The notes under the pieces were generated by a model. It saw only the letters and a list, made by a program, of their open reading frames with translations, made no database searches and was not told the origin of the DNA. A stretch of DNA of 64,000 bases from Oscillospiraceae bacterium. GTDB lineage: Bacteria; Bacillota; Clostridia; Oscillospirales; Acutalibacteraceae. The stretch covers positions 9,016 to 73,015 of the forward strand of contig CADAUV010000003.1 of NCBI GenBank assembly GCA_902791235.1, in the 5' to 3' direction. Below are positions 45,953 to 57,042 of this stretch, piece by piece. Both the position numbers and the translations under genes were made by a program. How positions within the stretch are numbered: the first letter of the stretch is position 1; the number at the start of each line of letters is the position of its first letter.

Positions 45953-47386
45953 TTATACATTAATCTCTACGCTTACACCGAGGAGGTCCTTCTCCTTCTC
46001 AAGTATCGGAGCGATAACCTCACTGAGAAAATCAGCCGTCTGCTCAGGCGCTCTGCCCACGAAGTTCTCAGGCTTGAGCACCGCAAGGATTTCCTCCTTC
46101 GTTGTCATAAACGCAGGGTCGTTTGCAATCCTGTCCACAAGGTCATTCTTGCCGCCTTCAACCTTTACGACTGCACCTGCAGCCATTGAATGCTGACGAA
46201 TTCTCTCATGAAGCTCCTGACGGTCGCCGCCTTTTTTAACTGCGTCCATCATAATATTCTCAGTTGCCATAAACGGAAGCTCGCTCATAAGCCTTGCCTC
46301 GATAACCTTGGGATAAACAACAAGTCCCGAGGTTACATTTATATAAAGGTCAAGTATTCCGTCCGTTGCAAGAAATGCCTCAGCGACCGAAATTCTCTTG
46401 TTTGCAGAGTCGTCAAGCGTCCTCTCAAACCACTGAGCCGAAGCCGTCCATGCAGGATTGAGCGCGTCAATCATAACATATCTTGAAAGCGAAGCAATCC
46501 TCTCACTTCTCATCGGATTTCTCTTATAAGCCATAGCCGATGAACCAATCTGATTTTTCTCAAACGGCTCCTCAATTTCCTTTAAGTTCTGAAGAAGCCT
46601 TAAATCGTTTGAAAACTTACAGCAGGACTGCGCGATAAGACCGAGGCAGTTGCAGACGATTGTGTCAAGCTTTCTTGCGTAGGTCTGTCCGCTCACCGGG
46701 AAACAGGCTTTGAAGCCCATTTTCTCAGCTATTTTTTTATCAAGCTCCTTGCACTTTTCGTGGTCGCCCTCAAAAAGCTCAAGGAAGGAAGCCTGCGTAC
46801 CCGTCGTACCCTTTGAGCCGAGAAGCATAAGCGTGTCGATTACATGGCAGATTTCCTCATAGTCGAGTACCAAATCCATAAGCCATAAGGTCGCGCGCTT
46901 ACCCACAGTTGTCGGCTGTGCCGGCTGGAAATGCGTGAAGCCGAGACAAGGCATATCCTTGTACTCGTCAGCGAATTTCGCAACGCCTGCAATAGCATTT
47001 ACAAGCTTTTTCTTGATAAGAAGCAGAGCCTCCCTCATTGTGATAACATCCGTATTGTCGCCGACATAACAGCTCGTAGCGCCGAGGTGGATAATTCCCT
47101 TTGCGTTAGGGCACTGCTCGCCGTAGGCGTGAACATGGCTCATAACATCGTGACGGAATTTCTTTTCATACTCCTGCGCAACCTCATAATTGATGTTGTC
47201 GGCGTTAGCTTTAAGCTCGTCAATCTGCTCCTGCGTTACATTGAGTCCAAGCTCATGCTCAGCCTCAGCAAGCGCTATCCAAAGCCTCCTCCAAGTCTTG
47301 AACTTGAAATCGGGCGAATAGATATACTGCATTTCTTTAGAAGCGTAACGGGCGTTAAAGGGTGAGTTATATGTATTGCTCTGCAT
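45953..47386 (-). CDS. purB: Adenylosuccinate lyase
   Basis: RHDVMSH, IHLGATS, THFQPAQ, GSSAMAYKRNP signature. Confidence 0.96.
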   Translation of the reverse strand: MQSNTYNSPFNARYASKEMQYIYSPDFKFKTWRRLWIALAEAEHELGLNVTQEQIDELKANADNINYEVAQEYEKKFRHDVMSHVHAYGEQCPNAKGIIHLGATSCYVGDNTDVITMREALLLIKKKLVNAIAGVAKFADEYKDMPCLGFTHFQPAQPTTVGKRATLWLMDLVLDYEEICHVIDTLMLLGSKGTTGTQASFLELFEGDHEKCKELDKKIAEKMGFKACFPVSGQTYARKLDTIVCNCLGLIAQSCCKFSNDLRLLQNLKEIEEPFEKNQIGSSAMAYKRNPMRSERIASLSRYVMIDALNPAWTASAQWFERTLDDSANKRISVAEAFLATDGILDLYINVTSGLVVYPKVIEARLMSELPFMATENIMMDAVKKGGDRQELHERIRQHSMAAGAVVKVEGGKNDLVDRIANDPAFMTTKEEILAVLKPENFVGRAPEQTADFLSEVIAPILEKEKDLLGVSVEINV

Positions 47387-48096
47387 TAGTCAAGACCCAC
47401 TCTCTTCATCATTTCGGCATATGCGTCCTCAACGCCGCCAAGGTCCCTTCTGAAACGGTCCTTGTCAAGCTTCTCATGAGTCTTGATATCCCAGAAACGA
47501 CAGGTGTCGGGGCTAATTTCATCAGCAAGAACAATTGTACCGTCGGCAGTCTTGCCAAACTCAAGCTTGAAGTCGATAAGCTCAACGCCGATTGAAGCAA
47601 AATACTCCTTGAGTACATCGTTTACCTTGAAGGCATAAGTTTTGATTGTGTCGATGTCCTCCTGTGTTGCGAAGCCGCAGGATACAGCGTGATAACCGTT
47701 GATAAGCGGGTCGCCGAGGTCATCGTCCTTATATGAAAATTCAATTGAGGGGCATACAAAATTCATACCCTCCTCAAGACCCAATCTCTTACAGATAGAG
47801 CCTGCAGCGCGGTTACGGATAATAACCTCAAGCGGTACGATGCTAACCTTCTTCACTGCGGTTTCCCTGTCGGAAAGCTCCTCAACGAAGTGAGTCGGTA
47901 CGCCGTGCTTTTCAAGAAGCTGCATAAGGTAATTTGACATCTTGTTATTAACAACGCCCTTACCTACAATTGTGCCCTTCTTGAGTCCGTTGAAGGCAGT
48001 TGCGTCATCCTTATAGTCAACAATAACGATATTCTCATCGTCGGTTGCCCATACCTTCTTTGCCTTGCCTTCGTAAAGCTGCTTTGTTTTTGTCAT
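47386..48096 (-). CDS. purC: SAICAR synthetase
   Basis: [34 protein letters not shown]. Confidence 0.97.
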   Translation of the reverse strand: MTKTKQLYEGKAKKVWATDDENIVIVDYKDDATAFNGLKKGTIVGKGVVNNKMSNYLMQLLEKHGVPTHFVEELSDRETAVKKVSIVPLEVIIRNRAAGSICKRLGLEEGMNFVCPSIEFSYKDDDLGDPLINGYHAVSCGFATQEDIDTIKTYAFKVNDVLKEYFASIGVELIDFKLEFGKTADGTIVLADEISPDTCRFWDIKTHEKLDKDRFRRDLGGVEDAYAEMMKRVGLD

Positions 48097-48127
48097 ATTT
48101 TTATCCTCCTGTGAGTATTAATTGTAA

Positions 48128-49108
48128 TTATAAGAGTGTCTTTCTCAGCTCCTCGTCCGAGAGAGCGGAGAGATATGAAACGGGAATGTCAAAAATTGTC
48201 TTACAGCCGGTTGCGCCTTCATTATTAAGTCTGAAAGCAGCTCTTGCATACGCCGCAATTACAGCGCCCGTAAACTCGGGATTTGACTCAAGCTTCAGAT
48301 TGAACTCAACAATATGCTTTGTGCCCTCGCCTGTTTCGCCGCTTCTGATAACAAAGCCGCCGTGAGGAAGTCCCTTGTGATTTTTGTCAAGCTCCTCCTG
48401 AGAAATGAAGTTTACGGTGGTGTCATACTCGTCAAAGTAATTCGGCATCTCCTTGATTTCCTTCTCAATTCTTGCAAGGTCAGCGCCCTCCTTTGCAACA
48501 ACGAAGCACTCCCTTGTGTGCTTCTGTCTTGTTGTGAGGTCGGGGTTTTCACCGTTTCTTACGGAATTAACGGAGCTTTCAACAGGCACCGTATACTGTC
48601 TTGCGTCCTGCACGCCTTCAATTCTCCTGATTGCGTCCGAATGACCCTGACTTACACCGCGTCCCCAGAAAGTATAATTTTTACCTACGGGAAGAACAGC
48701 TGTTGAGAGCATTCTCATAAGCGAGAAAAGTCCGGGGTCCCAGCCGATGGAAATAACGCCGAGCTTACCGCTTTCCTTCGCGGCAGCGTCAACATTTGCA
48801 AAATGCTCGGGGATTCTTGCGTGAGTGTCAAAGCTGTCAACGACATTGAAAAGCTTTGCATACTTAGGCGTCTGCCCGGGAAGGTCGGTAGCGCTGCCGC
48901 CGCCGAGAACAAGAACATCAATTTTGTCAGTCCAAGCCTCGATTTCACCTTCACTCAAAACAGGCACGCCCTCAGTCTTAACCTTGACTGACGAGGGGTC
49001 CCTTCGCGTAAATACGGCAACAAGCTCGAGGTCGTCGCTCTGCTTAATAGCAGCCTCAACACCTCTTGAAAGATTACCGTAACCCATAAGTCCGATTCTG
49101 ATACTCAT
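48128..49108 (-). CDS. ddh: meso-diaminopimelate D-dehydrogenase
   Basis: GYGNL, DSFDTH, GWDPG, TFWGRGVSQGHSDA, PHGG, SNPEFT. Confidence 0.95.
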   Translation of the reverse strand: MSIRIGLMGYGNLSRGVEAAIKQSDDLELVAVFTRRDPSSVKVKTEGVPVLSEGEIEAWTDKIDVLVLGGGSATDLPGQTPKYAKLFNVVDSFDTHARIPEHFANVDAAAKESGKLGVISIGWDPGLFSLMRMLSTAVLPVGKNYTFWGRGVSQGHSDAIRRIEGVQDARQYTVPVESSVNSVRNGENPDLTTRQKHTRECFVVAKEGADLARIEKEIKEMPNYFDEYDTTVNFISQEELDKNHKGLPHGGFVIRSGETGEGTKHIVEFNLKLESNPEFTGAVIAAYARAAFRLNNEGATGCKTIFDIPVSYLSALSDEELRKTLL

Positions 49109-49128
49109 AATAGTGTCCTCCCGTAATT

Positions 49129-49971
49129 TTATAAATCAATTTCACCGTCGAAAACAGTTACCGCAGGACCGCTCATAATCACGCTGTCCTCACGCCTGCC
49201 CGACCAGTGAATATCAATATCTCCGCCAAGCACATGTACGGTGATGTCATTGTCGGCTCTGCCCGTAACAATCGCCGCAACGGCAGTTGCGCAGCAGCCC
49301 GTACCGCAGGCAAGAGTTTCGCCCGTGCCTCTCTCCCATACACGCATATCTATATTATTCCTGTCCGTTACCCTTGCGAATTCAACATTCATCCTGTTCG
49401 GGAAACGGCAGTGCTTTTCAAGCTTTTTACCGATTTTTTTCACAGGGAATTTACTAACCTCGCCGTCAATAAAAATCACCGCGTGGGGATTTCCCATTGA
49501 AACACAGGTCATTTTATACTCCGCGCCGTCAACCTCAATTACATCCTCAACAGCCTCAGCCATATCGGATATAACGGGTACAAGCTCAGCCTTCAGCTCG
49601 GGCTTACCCATATCGACCTTAACATAGGACACCTTGCCGTCCTTTCCGACGGTAAGCTCGATGTATTTAATCTTACCCATCGACTCGATTGTAAGCGAGG
49701 TATTGTCGGTAAGACCGTAATCGTAAACATATTTTGCAACGCAGCGTATACCGTTGCCGCACATCTCGGAGCGCGAACCGTCGGCATTGTACATACACAT
49801 CTCGAAATCGGCAATCCCGCTCGGCTTTATGACAATCATACCGTCTCCGCCTATTCCGAAATGCCTGTCGGATACGAGCCTTGCCGCCGCTGCTTCATCT
49901 TCAAATTTCTCTGTAAAGCCGTTTACATAAACATAGTCGTTTCCACAGCCCTGCATTTTTGTAAATTTCAT
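49129..49971 (-). CDS. dapF: Diaminopimelate epimerase
   Basis: KMQGCGND, EMCGNGIRC, MGNPH, ERGTGETLACGTG. Confidence 0.95.
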   Translation of the reverse strand: MKFTKMQGCGNDYVYVNGFTEKFEDEAAAARLVSDRHFGIGGDGMIVIKPSGIADFEMCMYNADGSRSEMCGNGIRCVAKYVYDYGLTDNTSLTIESMGKIKYIELTVGKDGKVSYVKVDMGKPELKAELVPVISDMAEAVEDVIEVDGAEYKMTCVSMGNPHAVIFIDGEVSKFPVKKIGKKLEKHCRFPNRMNVEFARVTDRNNIDMRVWERGTGETLACGTGCCATAVAAIVTGRADNDITVHVLGGDIDIHWSGRREDSVIMSGPAVTVFDGEIDL

Positions 49972-49972
49972 T

Positions 49973-50494
49973 TTACTGCTCCGTAAATCCGTCAACAATT
50001 TCCTGTGCGAGAGCGCTTATAGCCTTTCGCATTCTCATACTTTCCTTTTGAAGATATCTGTGCGCCTGCCCTTCGCTCATACCGCTGTCCTGCATAAGTA
50101 TCAGCTTCGCCTGTGAAATCAGCTGCGCCTCGCTTTTTTCTCTCTGTGTGAAGGAGGAGCGCGTGCTTACCAGAACCGCAAGCGTTTCAAGAAATTCCTC
50201 CCTGTGTATCGGCAGGGAAAGGCAGATAAGATTACCCATATAATCCGTCCTGCCGTTTTTGCTCAGCGCAAGCACATCGTATCCCCTTGGCAGAAGCTCC
50301 GCAAGAGTACCTGCGCTCATATCGCCGAGATGCTCCGCGCACACTACCACGCCTTCGTTAACCATCTGCGCCGAGGAAAGCACGCCCGCGCCGTGAGAGC
50401 GCACCGCAAAAATCGTGTACCCCTCGCCCTCAAGCATACGGGCAAGTCCGACAGCCGACGCTCTTTCGGGATGAGCAATGATTATGCTCTTCAT
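49973..50494 (-). CDS. ANTAR domain protein with degenerate receiver-like domain
   Basis: C-terminal ISQAKLILM...MSE.QAHRYLQKESM. Confidence 0.85.
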   Translation of the reverse strand: MKSIIIAHPERASAVGLARMLEGEGYTIFAVRSHGAGVLSSAQMVNEGVVVCAEHLGDMSAGTLAELLPRGYDVLALSKNGRTDYMGNLICLSLPIHREEFLETLAVLVSTRSSFTQREKSEAQLISQAKLILMQDSGMSEGQAHRYLQKESMRMRKAISALAQEIVDGFTEQ

Positions 50495-50897
50495 TATTTC
50501 ACCCTTTATATCGCTTTAGTGTAATAGCTTCCTAAATTAAAGTTATTATATCACAACGAATATTAAATCTTCAATATAAAATATCACTAAATATATTTAA
50601 GGATTATATAAAGAATTTGTAATCATTATTTACAAATTCGGCATTTCGGAGCAAAATTTTCTATAATTCTGAAATTAATAATTACCAAAATTTTCAGGAC
50701 TTCCTTGTTAATAATAAACAAAAATTCGTTGATTTTGTAACAAAATACACAGATTTGCAAAAAAAATAATGATTTGTTTGTAACAAACTATACAAATCAC
50801 ACTTGATTATTCATCTCAATAATGGTAATATAAGATTGTAAAAGTATAGGTATCGGGATTTAAGACCCGAAACCTCTTGTAAAAAGGAGATGAATCA

Positions 50898-53048
50898 ATG
50901 AGTAAGCTTAAAAAGGAATATGAATTTCCTCTCTACCTGTTCCACGGCGGAACGAACTACAAGGCGTATGAGTTTTTCGGCGCTCACAGAGTTAACGGGG
51001 ACAAATTCGTTTTCAGACTCTGGGCTCCTCACGCAGAGGCCGTAAGCGTAGTCGGCGATTTCAACGGCTGGGATTCAGGTGCCGGCAATATGGACAAAAT
51101 CAAGGACGGTATCTGGGAGATTGAAATTGACAATGTTCATATCTACGACTGCTACAAATATGCTATTACCACGCCGAGCGGTAATGTAAATATGAAGGCC
51201 GACCCGTATGCTTTCCACGCTGAAACAAGACCGGGCACCGCTTCAAAGATTTACGACTGCGATTACACCTGGAATGATGCAGGCTGGTATAAAAAGGTAA
51301 GAAATCAGAATGTGCTTGAACAGCCCGTAAATATCTACGAGGTACACTTCGGCTCATGGAAGCAGCACGAAAACGGCGACTTCCTTTCTTACAGACAGAT
51401 GGCTGAGGAGCTTGTACCCTATGCAAAGGATATGGGCTACACGCATATTGAGCTTTTACCTGTTATGGAGTATCCGTTTGACGGCTCCTGGGGTTATCAG
51501 GTAACAGGCTATTTTGCCCCGACATCAAGGTATGGCACGCCTGAGGATTTAATGTACTTCGTTGATAGCTGTCATAAGGCAGGAATCGGCGTAATTCTCG
51601 ACTGGGTTCCCGCTCATTTCCCGAAGGATGCGCACGGACTTTACGAATTTGACGGAAGATGCACATATGAGTATTCCGATATGCGCAAGGGCGAGCATAA
51701 GGAATGGGGTACAAGAGTATTTGACTACGGCAAGCCCGAGGTTAAATCCTTCCTCATCTCCTCCGCTATGTACTGGGTTGACAAATTCCATTTCGACGGT
51801 CTGCGTGTTGACGCGGTTGCCTCGATGCTTTACCTCGACTACGGAAGGGATAACGGACAGTGGGTTGCAAACAAGCACGGCGGCAGAGAGAACCTCGAAG
51901 CAGTTGAATTTTTCAAAACCCTTAACTGCGCAATGTTCAGGGAGCATCCTGAGGTTATGATGATTGCCGAGGAGTCAACGGCATGGCCGATGATTACAAT
52001 GCCTACTGACATCGGCGGTCTCGGCTTCAACTTCAAGTGGAATATGGGATGGATGAACGATATGCTCCGTTACACATCCATGGACCCGCTTTTCCGCAAG
52101 GGTAATCACAACTGTATCACCTTCAGCTTCTTCTATGCTTTCAGCGAGAATTTCATCCTGCCGATAAGCCATGACGAGGTTGTACACGGCAAGTGCAGTC
52201 TTATAAACAAAATGCCGGGCGACTACGATATGAAGTTTGACGGCATGAGGCTGTTCCTCGCATATATGATGGCTCACCCCGGCAAGAAGCTTCTATTTAT
52301 GGGAAGTGAATTCGGTCAGTTCATTGAGTGGAATTACAAGCAGGGGCTTGACTGGTTGCTTCTCGGCTATGATAAGCACAGAGCTTTACAGGGCTTTACA
52401 AGAGAGCTTAATAATTTCTACAAAAACACCCCTGCTCTCTGGCAGGTTGATTACAGCTGGGACGGCTTCCAGTGGATTTCAAGCGAGGACAACGCCAACT
52501 CAATTATCGCCTTCAGGCGTATTGACAAAAACGGCGACGACCTTATCACAGTATTTAACTTCACGCCAAACAGCTTTGACGAATATCGCATAGGCGTTCC
52601 CGAGCTTGCAAGCTACAAGGTTGTATTTGATACATCACTTGAAAAATACGGCGGAAGCAAGCCAAGGCTTTCAGGCACCTACAAGGCTAAGCCCGAGGGT
52701 ATGCACGGCTTTGAACAAAGCATCGGCTTAAAGCTCAGCGGCCTTTCCGCTATATATCTCAAGAAAGTAAAAAAGGCGGAAAAGAAAGCTGAAAAAAAGC
52801 CCGCTAGGGCTAAGGAAGACCCTAAGGCTGAAATAAAAACCGAGCCGAAAAAGGCTGAGAAAAAGCCTGTAAAGAAGTCTGAGCCAAAGGCGGAAAAGAA
52901 ACCTGCCAAGGCTAAGGAAGCTCCTAAGGCTGAAATAAAAGCCGAGCCGAAAAAGGCTGAGAAAAAGCCTGCAAAGCAGGAGAAAAATACAAGCAAAGCA
53001 AAAACTGCTAAGAATAATAAGGAGATAAAAAATGGCAAGAAAAAGTAA
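50898..53048 (+). CDS. glgB: 1,4-alpha-glucan branching enzyme with K/A/E/P-rich C-terminal tail
   Basis: [42 protein letters not shown]. Confidence 0.96.
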   Translation: MSKLKKEYEFPLYLFHGGTNYKAYEFFGAHRVNGDKFVFRLWAPHAEAVSVVGDFNGWDSGAGNMDKIKDGIWEIEIDNVHIYDCYKYAITTPSGNVNMKADPYAFHAETRPGTASKIYDCDYTWNDAGWYKKVRNQNVLEQPVNIYEVHFGSWKQHENGDFLSYRQMAEELVPYAKDMGYTHIELLPVMEYPFDGSWGYQVTGYFAPTSRYGTPEDLMYFVDSCHKAGIGVILDWVPAHFPKDAHGLYEFDGRCTYEYSDMRKGEHKEWGTRVFDYGKPEVKSFLISSAMYWVDKFHFDGLRVDAVASMLYLDYGRDNGQWVANKHGGRENLEAVEFFKTLNCAMFREHPEVMMIAEESTAWPMITMPTDIGGLGFNFKWNMGWMNDMLRYTSMDPLFRKGNHNCITFSFFYAFSENFILPISHDEVVHGKCSLINKMPGDYDMKFDGMRLFLAYMMAHPGKKLLFMGSEFGQFIEWNYKQGLDWLLLGYDKHRALQGFTRELNNFYKNTPALWQVDYSWDGFQWISSEDNANSIIAFRRIDKNGDDLITVFNFTPNSFDEYRIGVPELASYKVVFDTSLEKYGGSKPRLSGTYKAKPEGMHGFEQSIGLKLSGLSAIYLKKVKKAEKKAEKKPARAKEDPKAEIKTEPKKAEKKPVKKSEPKAEKKPAKAKEAPKAEIKAEPKKAEKKPAKQEKNTSKAKTAKNNKEIKNGKKK
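52786..52975 (+). repeat. Tandem duplication with 102-bp (34-aa) period in the glgB tail
   Basis: GGCTAAGGAAG...CCGAGCCGAAAAAGGCTGAGAAAAAGCCTG starting at 52808 and 52910. Confidence 0.85.
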
Positions 53049-54240
53049 TGTTGTAGCAATGCTTCTTGCAGGCGGTCAGGGCAGCCGTCTCGGTGTACTC
53101 ACAAAGAACATTGCAAAGCCTGCTGTACCGTACGGCGGAAATTACAGAATTATAGATTTTCCGCTTTCAAACTGCGTTAACAGCGGCATTTACACGGTGG
53201 GCGTACTCACGCAGTATCAGCCTCTTGAGCTCAACGACTATCTCGGAAACGGTCAGCCGTGGGACCTTGACAGGCAGAACGGCGGCGTTCATGTTCTTTC
53301 ACCGTATGAGGCTATCGGCGGCGCAGAATGGTATAAGGGTACTGCGAACGCAATCTATCAGAATATCAATTTCATTGAGAAGTATGACCCTGAATATGTT
53401 GTAATTCTTTCAGGCGACCACATCTATAAGATGAACTATGCAAAGATGATTGACTTCCACAAGAAAAACGACGCTGCCTGCACAATCGCAGTGCTTGAGG
53501 TTCCGTGGGAGGAGGCTTCGCGTTTCGGCATCCTTGCAACAAATGATGACGACAGGATTTACGAATTTGCCGAGAAGCCTGCTGAGCCTAAGAGCAACAA
53601 GGCTTCAATGGGCGTATATGTATTCAGTTGGGATAAGCTTAAAAAATATCTTATTCAGGATGAGAATACCGAGGGCTCAGCAAATGACTTCGGTAAGAAC
53701 ATCATCCCTACAATGCTTGACGCAGGCGAGAGAATGTTCGCCTTCCCGTTCAAGGGCTACTGGAAGGATGTAGGTACAATTGACTCCCTCTGGGAAGCAA
53801 ACCTTGATATCATCAATCCGAATGTTGACCTTGACTTAAGCGATTCAAGCTGGAGAATCTACTCAAGAAATCCCGAGGCGCCGCCTCACTATATCGGCAA
53901 GAACGCAGTTGTTGAAAACTCATCAATCAGCGAAGGCTGTGAGATTGAGGGCAATGTTGATTACAGCGTAATCTCCTCAAATGTTATAATTGAAGAGGAC
54001 GCGGATGTGCGTTACAGCGTGATTATGCCGGGTGCGACAATCAAAAAGGGCGCAAAGGTTTACTATGCAATCATCGCTGAAAACGCTGTTATTGAGGAGA
54101 ACGCCAAGGTCGGCGAAATCCCCGAGCAGCTTGAAAATCCCGAGGACTGGGGTATCCCCGTTGTCGGCGCCGGTGCAAAAATCACAAAGGGCAAGTATGT
54201 TGAGCCCGGCGTGATGATTAAATCAGGAGAGGAGGTATAA
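53032..54240 (+). CDS. glgC: Glucose-1-phosphate adenylyltransferase
   Basis: [11 protein letters not shown]...AKPAVP, GTANA, LSGDHIY, YWKDVGT. Confidence 0.96.
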   Translation: MARKSNVVAMLLAGGQGSRLGVLTKNIAKPAVPYGGNYRIIDFPLSNCVNSGIYTVGVLTQYQPLELNDYLGNGQPWDLDRQNGGVHVLSPYEAIGGAEWYKGTANAIYQNINFIEKYDPEYVVILSGDHIYKMNYAKMIDFHKKNDAACTIAVLEVPWEEASRFGILATNDDDRIYEFAEKPAEPKSNKASMGVYVFSWDKLKKYLIQDENTEGSANDFGKNIIPTMLDAGERMFAFPFKGYWKDVGTIDSLWEANLDIINPNVDLDLSDSSWRIYSRNPEAPPHYIGKNAVVENSSISEGCEIEGNVDYSVISSNVIIEEDADVRYSVIMPGATIKKGAKVYYAIIAENAVIEENAKVGEIPEQLENPEDWGIPVVGAGAKITKGKYVEPGVMIKSGEEV

Positions 54241-54244
54241 GACA

Positions 54245-55363
54245 ATGAACGGAAACAGAGTATTAGGAATAGTATTTGCAAACATTCACGAAGAGGCGCT
54301 TGACTCTCTGACTGCAATGAGAACTATGGGTTCGGTACCGTTTTGTTCACGCTTCCGTCTTATTGACTTCCCTCTCTCAAATATGGTTGAAAGCGGCGTT
54401 TCCAAAATCGGCGTTGTTACAAACGCCAACTTCCGGTCGCTTATGGACCATGTCGGCACAGGAAAGCCATGGGATTTAAGCAGGAAAAACGACGGTCTTT
54501 ATCTCCTTCCGCCCTTCTCTCTCGGCACAGCTAAGATGTGGGGCAACAGGATTGACGCTATCTACGGCAACATCGGCTTCTTACAACAGTCAAAGCAGAC
54601 CTATGTGCTTATGAGCGACTGCAATAATGTACTCAATATAGATTACACAAAGCTCTTTGACGCGCACGAGGAAAGCGGCGCAGATATCACAATTGTCGGC
54701 GTTAAGGCTAAAATGCCTAAGAACATCGGCTCGGTGCTTAGCTTCGACACGGTTGAAGCCGACGGCAGAATTACCGAGATGTCGCTTGACAAGTCAACCG
54801 ACGGCGAGGTTTTCTACTCCTGCAATATCATGATTATGAAGAAGTATCTTCTTGAGTCGCTCGTTACAACAGCTCACTCAAAGAACGAAATCTCATATCA
54901 GCGCAATATTCTTATGGCTAATATCGACAAGCTCAAGATTCACGCCTTCGACGCTACCGACAGCTTTGTAGGCACAATTGATTCAATCCAGAGCTACTAC
55001 GATATTTCAATGTCAATCCTTGAAAAAGAGAACAGGGAAAAGCTTTTCGCAGCTCCTGTATCCACCAAGGAGCGCGACGATATGCCGACTATCTACGGTC
55101 CGGAATCATCGCTTAAAAATTCACTTGTAGCAGACGGCTGTATCATCGAAGGCACGGTTGAAAACTGTATCATATTCAAGGGTGTAAAAATCGGTAAAGG
55201 AACAGTCGTTAAGGACTCCATTCTTATGCAGGATACCGTTGTCGGCGACAACGCAAAAATAAGCTGTATAATTGCCGATAAGGATGTTACAATCAAGGAT
55301 AATGTGGAGCTTGCAGGCGCCAAGACCTTCCCTATTTGCCTTGCTAAAGAAACGAGGGTATAA
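54245..55363 (+). CDS. glgD: ADP-glucose pyrophosphorylase GlgD subunit
   Basis: PF.SRFRLIDF.LSN, DHVGTGKPWDL, C-terminal beta-helix; follows glgC. Confidence 0.93.
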   Translation: MNGNRVLGIVFANIHEEALDSLTAMRTMGSVPFCSRFRLIDFPLSNMVESGVSKIGVVTNANFRSLMDHVGTGKPWDLSRKNDGLYLLPPFSLGTAKMWGNRIDAIYGNIGFLQQSKQTYVLMSDCNNVLNIDYTKLFDAHEESGADITIVGVKAKMPKNIGSVLSFDTVEADGRITEMSLDKSTDGEVFYSCNIMIMKKYLLESLVTTAHSKNEISYQRNILMANIDKLKIHAFDATDSFVGTIDSIQSYYDISMSILEKENREKLFAAPVSTKERDDMPTIYGPESSLKNSLVADGCIIEGTVENCIIFKGVKIGKGTVVKDSILMQDTVVGDNAKISCIIADKDVTIKDNVELAGAKTFPICLAKETRV

Positions 55364-55366
55364 AGT

Positions 55367-56785
55367 ATGAAAGTTTTATATGTTGCCTCTGAGGCGCTGC
55401 CGTTTATGGCTTCGGGCGGACTCGGCGATGTTGCAGGTTCGCTTCCCGTTGCGCTCAGAAAAAGATTAATCGGCTGTCGTGTGGTTATGCCGCTTTATGA
55501 CAGCATCAAGCAGGAATACAAGGACAAGATGAAGTTCATCACCTCAATCTCCGTCCCTGTTTCGTGGAGACGCCAGTACTGCGGTATTTTTGAGGCTAAA
55601 GCAAACGGCGTTATCTACTACTTCCTTGACAACCAGTACTATTTCAAGAGGGACGGTATCTACGGCCACTACGATGACGCGGAGAGATTTGCTTTCTTCG
55701 CAAGAGCCGTGCTTGAGATAATCCCTGCAATTGACTGGAAGCCCGATATCATCCACTGTAACGACTGGCAGAGTGCGCTTACGCCTCTTTATTACAGTTG
55801 TTACTATGCTAACAGAATGGGCTATGAAAACATCAAGACTGTTTTCACAATTCACAATATTCAGTATCAGGGCAAATACGGCGATGAGCTCCTCAATGAT
55901 GTTCTCGGAATTGCTCCCGAGCATAACAATCTCATTCTTTACGACGGTCTTGTTAACTTTATGAAGGCGGGTATTGAATGTGCCAATATGGTTACGACAG
56001 TATCTCCGACTTATGCAAAGGAAATACTTGACCCATGGTACAGCCACGGTCTTGACCCGATTCTTAATCAGAGGAGCTGGAAGCTCTGCGGTATCTTAAA
56101 CGGTATCGACACAGTCAGCTATGACCCTGAAACAGATAAGGATATCTGGTATAATTACAATGCAGAGGACTTCTCAAACAAGGCTAAAAACAAGGCTGAG
56201 CTTCAGAAGCATCTTGGTCTTGCCGTAAGACCCGAGGTTCCCGTTATCGGCATTGTTTCAAGGCTTGTCGGTCATAAGGGCGTTGACCTTATGAAAGAGG
56301 TGCTTGAAAAGAGCCTTTGCGAAAGGGATTTACAGTATGTTGTTCTCGGCAGCGGCGAATGGGAGTATGAAAACTTCTTCCGCTATCTCCATGACAAATA
56401 TCCCGACAAGGTGGGCGTTACAATCGGCTTCGTTCCCGACCTTGCAAGAAAGATTTACGCAGGCGCGGATATGTTCTTAATGCCGAGTAAGTCAGAGCCC
56501 TGCGGACTTTCGCAGATGGTTGCTCTTCGCTACGGCACAGTTCCGATTGTCCGTGAAACAGGCGGTCTTAAGGACTCAATCACTGACAGCGGCGACGGCG
56601 TTGGCAACGGCTTCACCTTCCAGTCATATGACGCATACGATATGCTCGGCGCGATTTACAGAGCTGACGACGCTTACCACAGCGGAAGCTGGGATATTCT
56701 TGTAAAGCGTGCGCTTGACTGCGATATGAGCTGGGGCAAGAGTGCAAATGAATACATCAAAATGTACCGCTCCCTTCTCAAATAA
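55367..56785 (+). CDS. glgA: Glycogen synthase
   Basis: SGGLGDV, HCNDWQ, TIHN, PSKSEPCGLSQM, TGGLKD. Confidence 0.96.
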   Translation: MKVLYVASEALPFMASGGLGDVAGSLPVALRKRLIGCRVVMPLYDSIKQEYKDKMKFITSISVPVSWRRQYCGIFEAKANGVIYYFLDNQYYFKRDGIYGHYDDAERFAFFARAVLEIIPAIDWKPDIIHCNDWQSALTPLYYSCYYANRMGYENIKTVFTIHNIQYQGKYGDELLNDVLGIAPEHNNLILYDGLVNFMKAGIECANMVTTVSPTYAKEILDPWYSHGLDPILNQRSWKLCGILNGIDTVSYDPETDKDIWYNYNAEDFSNKAKNKAELQKHLGLAVRPEVPVIGIVSRLVGHKGVDLMKEVLEKSLCERDLQYVVLGSGEWEYENFFRYLHDKYPDKVGVTIGFVPDLARKIYAGADMFLMPSKSEPCGLSQMVALRYGTVPIVRETGGLKDSITDSGDGVGNGFTFQSYDAYDMLGAIYRADDAYHSGSWDILVKRALDCDMSWGKSANEYIKMYRSLLK

Positions 56786-56822
56786 AGCTAACAATAAGGG
56801 CATAAACGCGACAGATTATTAC

Positions 56823-56972
56823 GGTTATATGCCTGCTTGTAGGGGCATCGGGGTCCCCGAAAAGTCGTAAGACTTTTTGGGGAGAGGAGAAACATATGTA
56901 GTAGTCATTAGCAATACGCTTGCGTGTTGCTTCGACTGCGGAATGTGTTTGGACGAATCCGCCGGTATAACT
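56823..56972. repeat. Structured intergenic element (MITE/REP-like or ncRNA candidate)
   Basis: Hairpin TCCCCGAAAAGTC-GTAA-GACTTTTTGGGGA, a second long hairpin AAACAT..GTAGTC..AGCAATACG/CGTGTTGCT..GACTGC..ATGTGTTT, and terminal GTTATA/TATAAC. Confidence 0.5.
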
Positions 56973-56990
56973 ACAACAAACCAACCATTT

Positions 56991-57023
56991 AAAAACGCAG
57001 AGGGTAAAACCTCTGCGTTTTTT
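56991..57023. terminator. Bidirectional terminator
   Basis: AAAAACGCAGAGG/CCTCTGCGTTTTT. Confidence 0.85.
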
Positions 57024-57042
57024 ACTTAGATATACTTGGATG

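Noticed and set aside
52679-53059. Hydrophobic Phe/Ala/Ser-rich minus-strand ORF
   Set aside because: Antisense of the Lys-rich glgB tail
56778-56984. 68-aa ORF over the structured intergenic element
   Set aside because: No RBS or motifs; the sequence is better explained by hairpin structure
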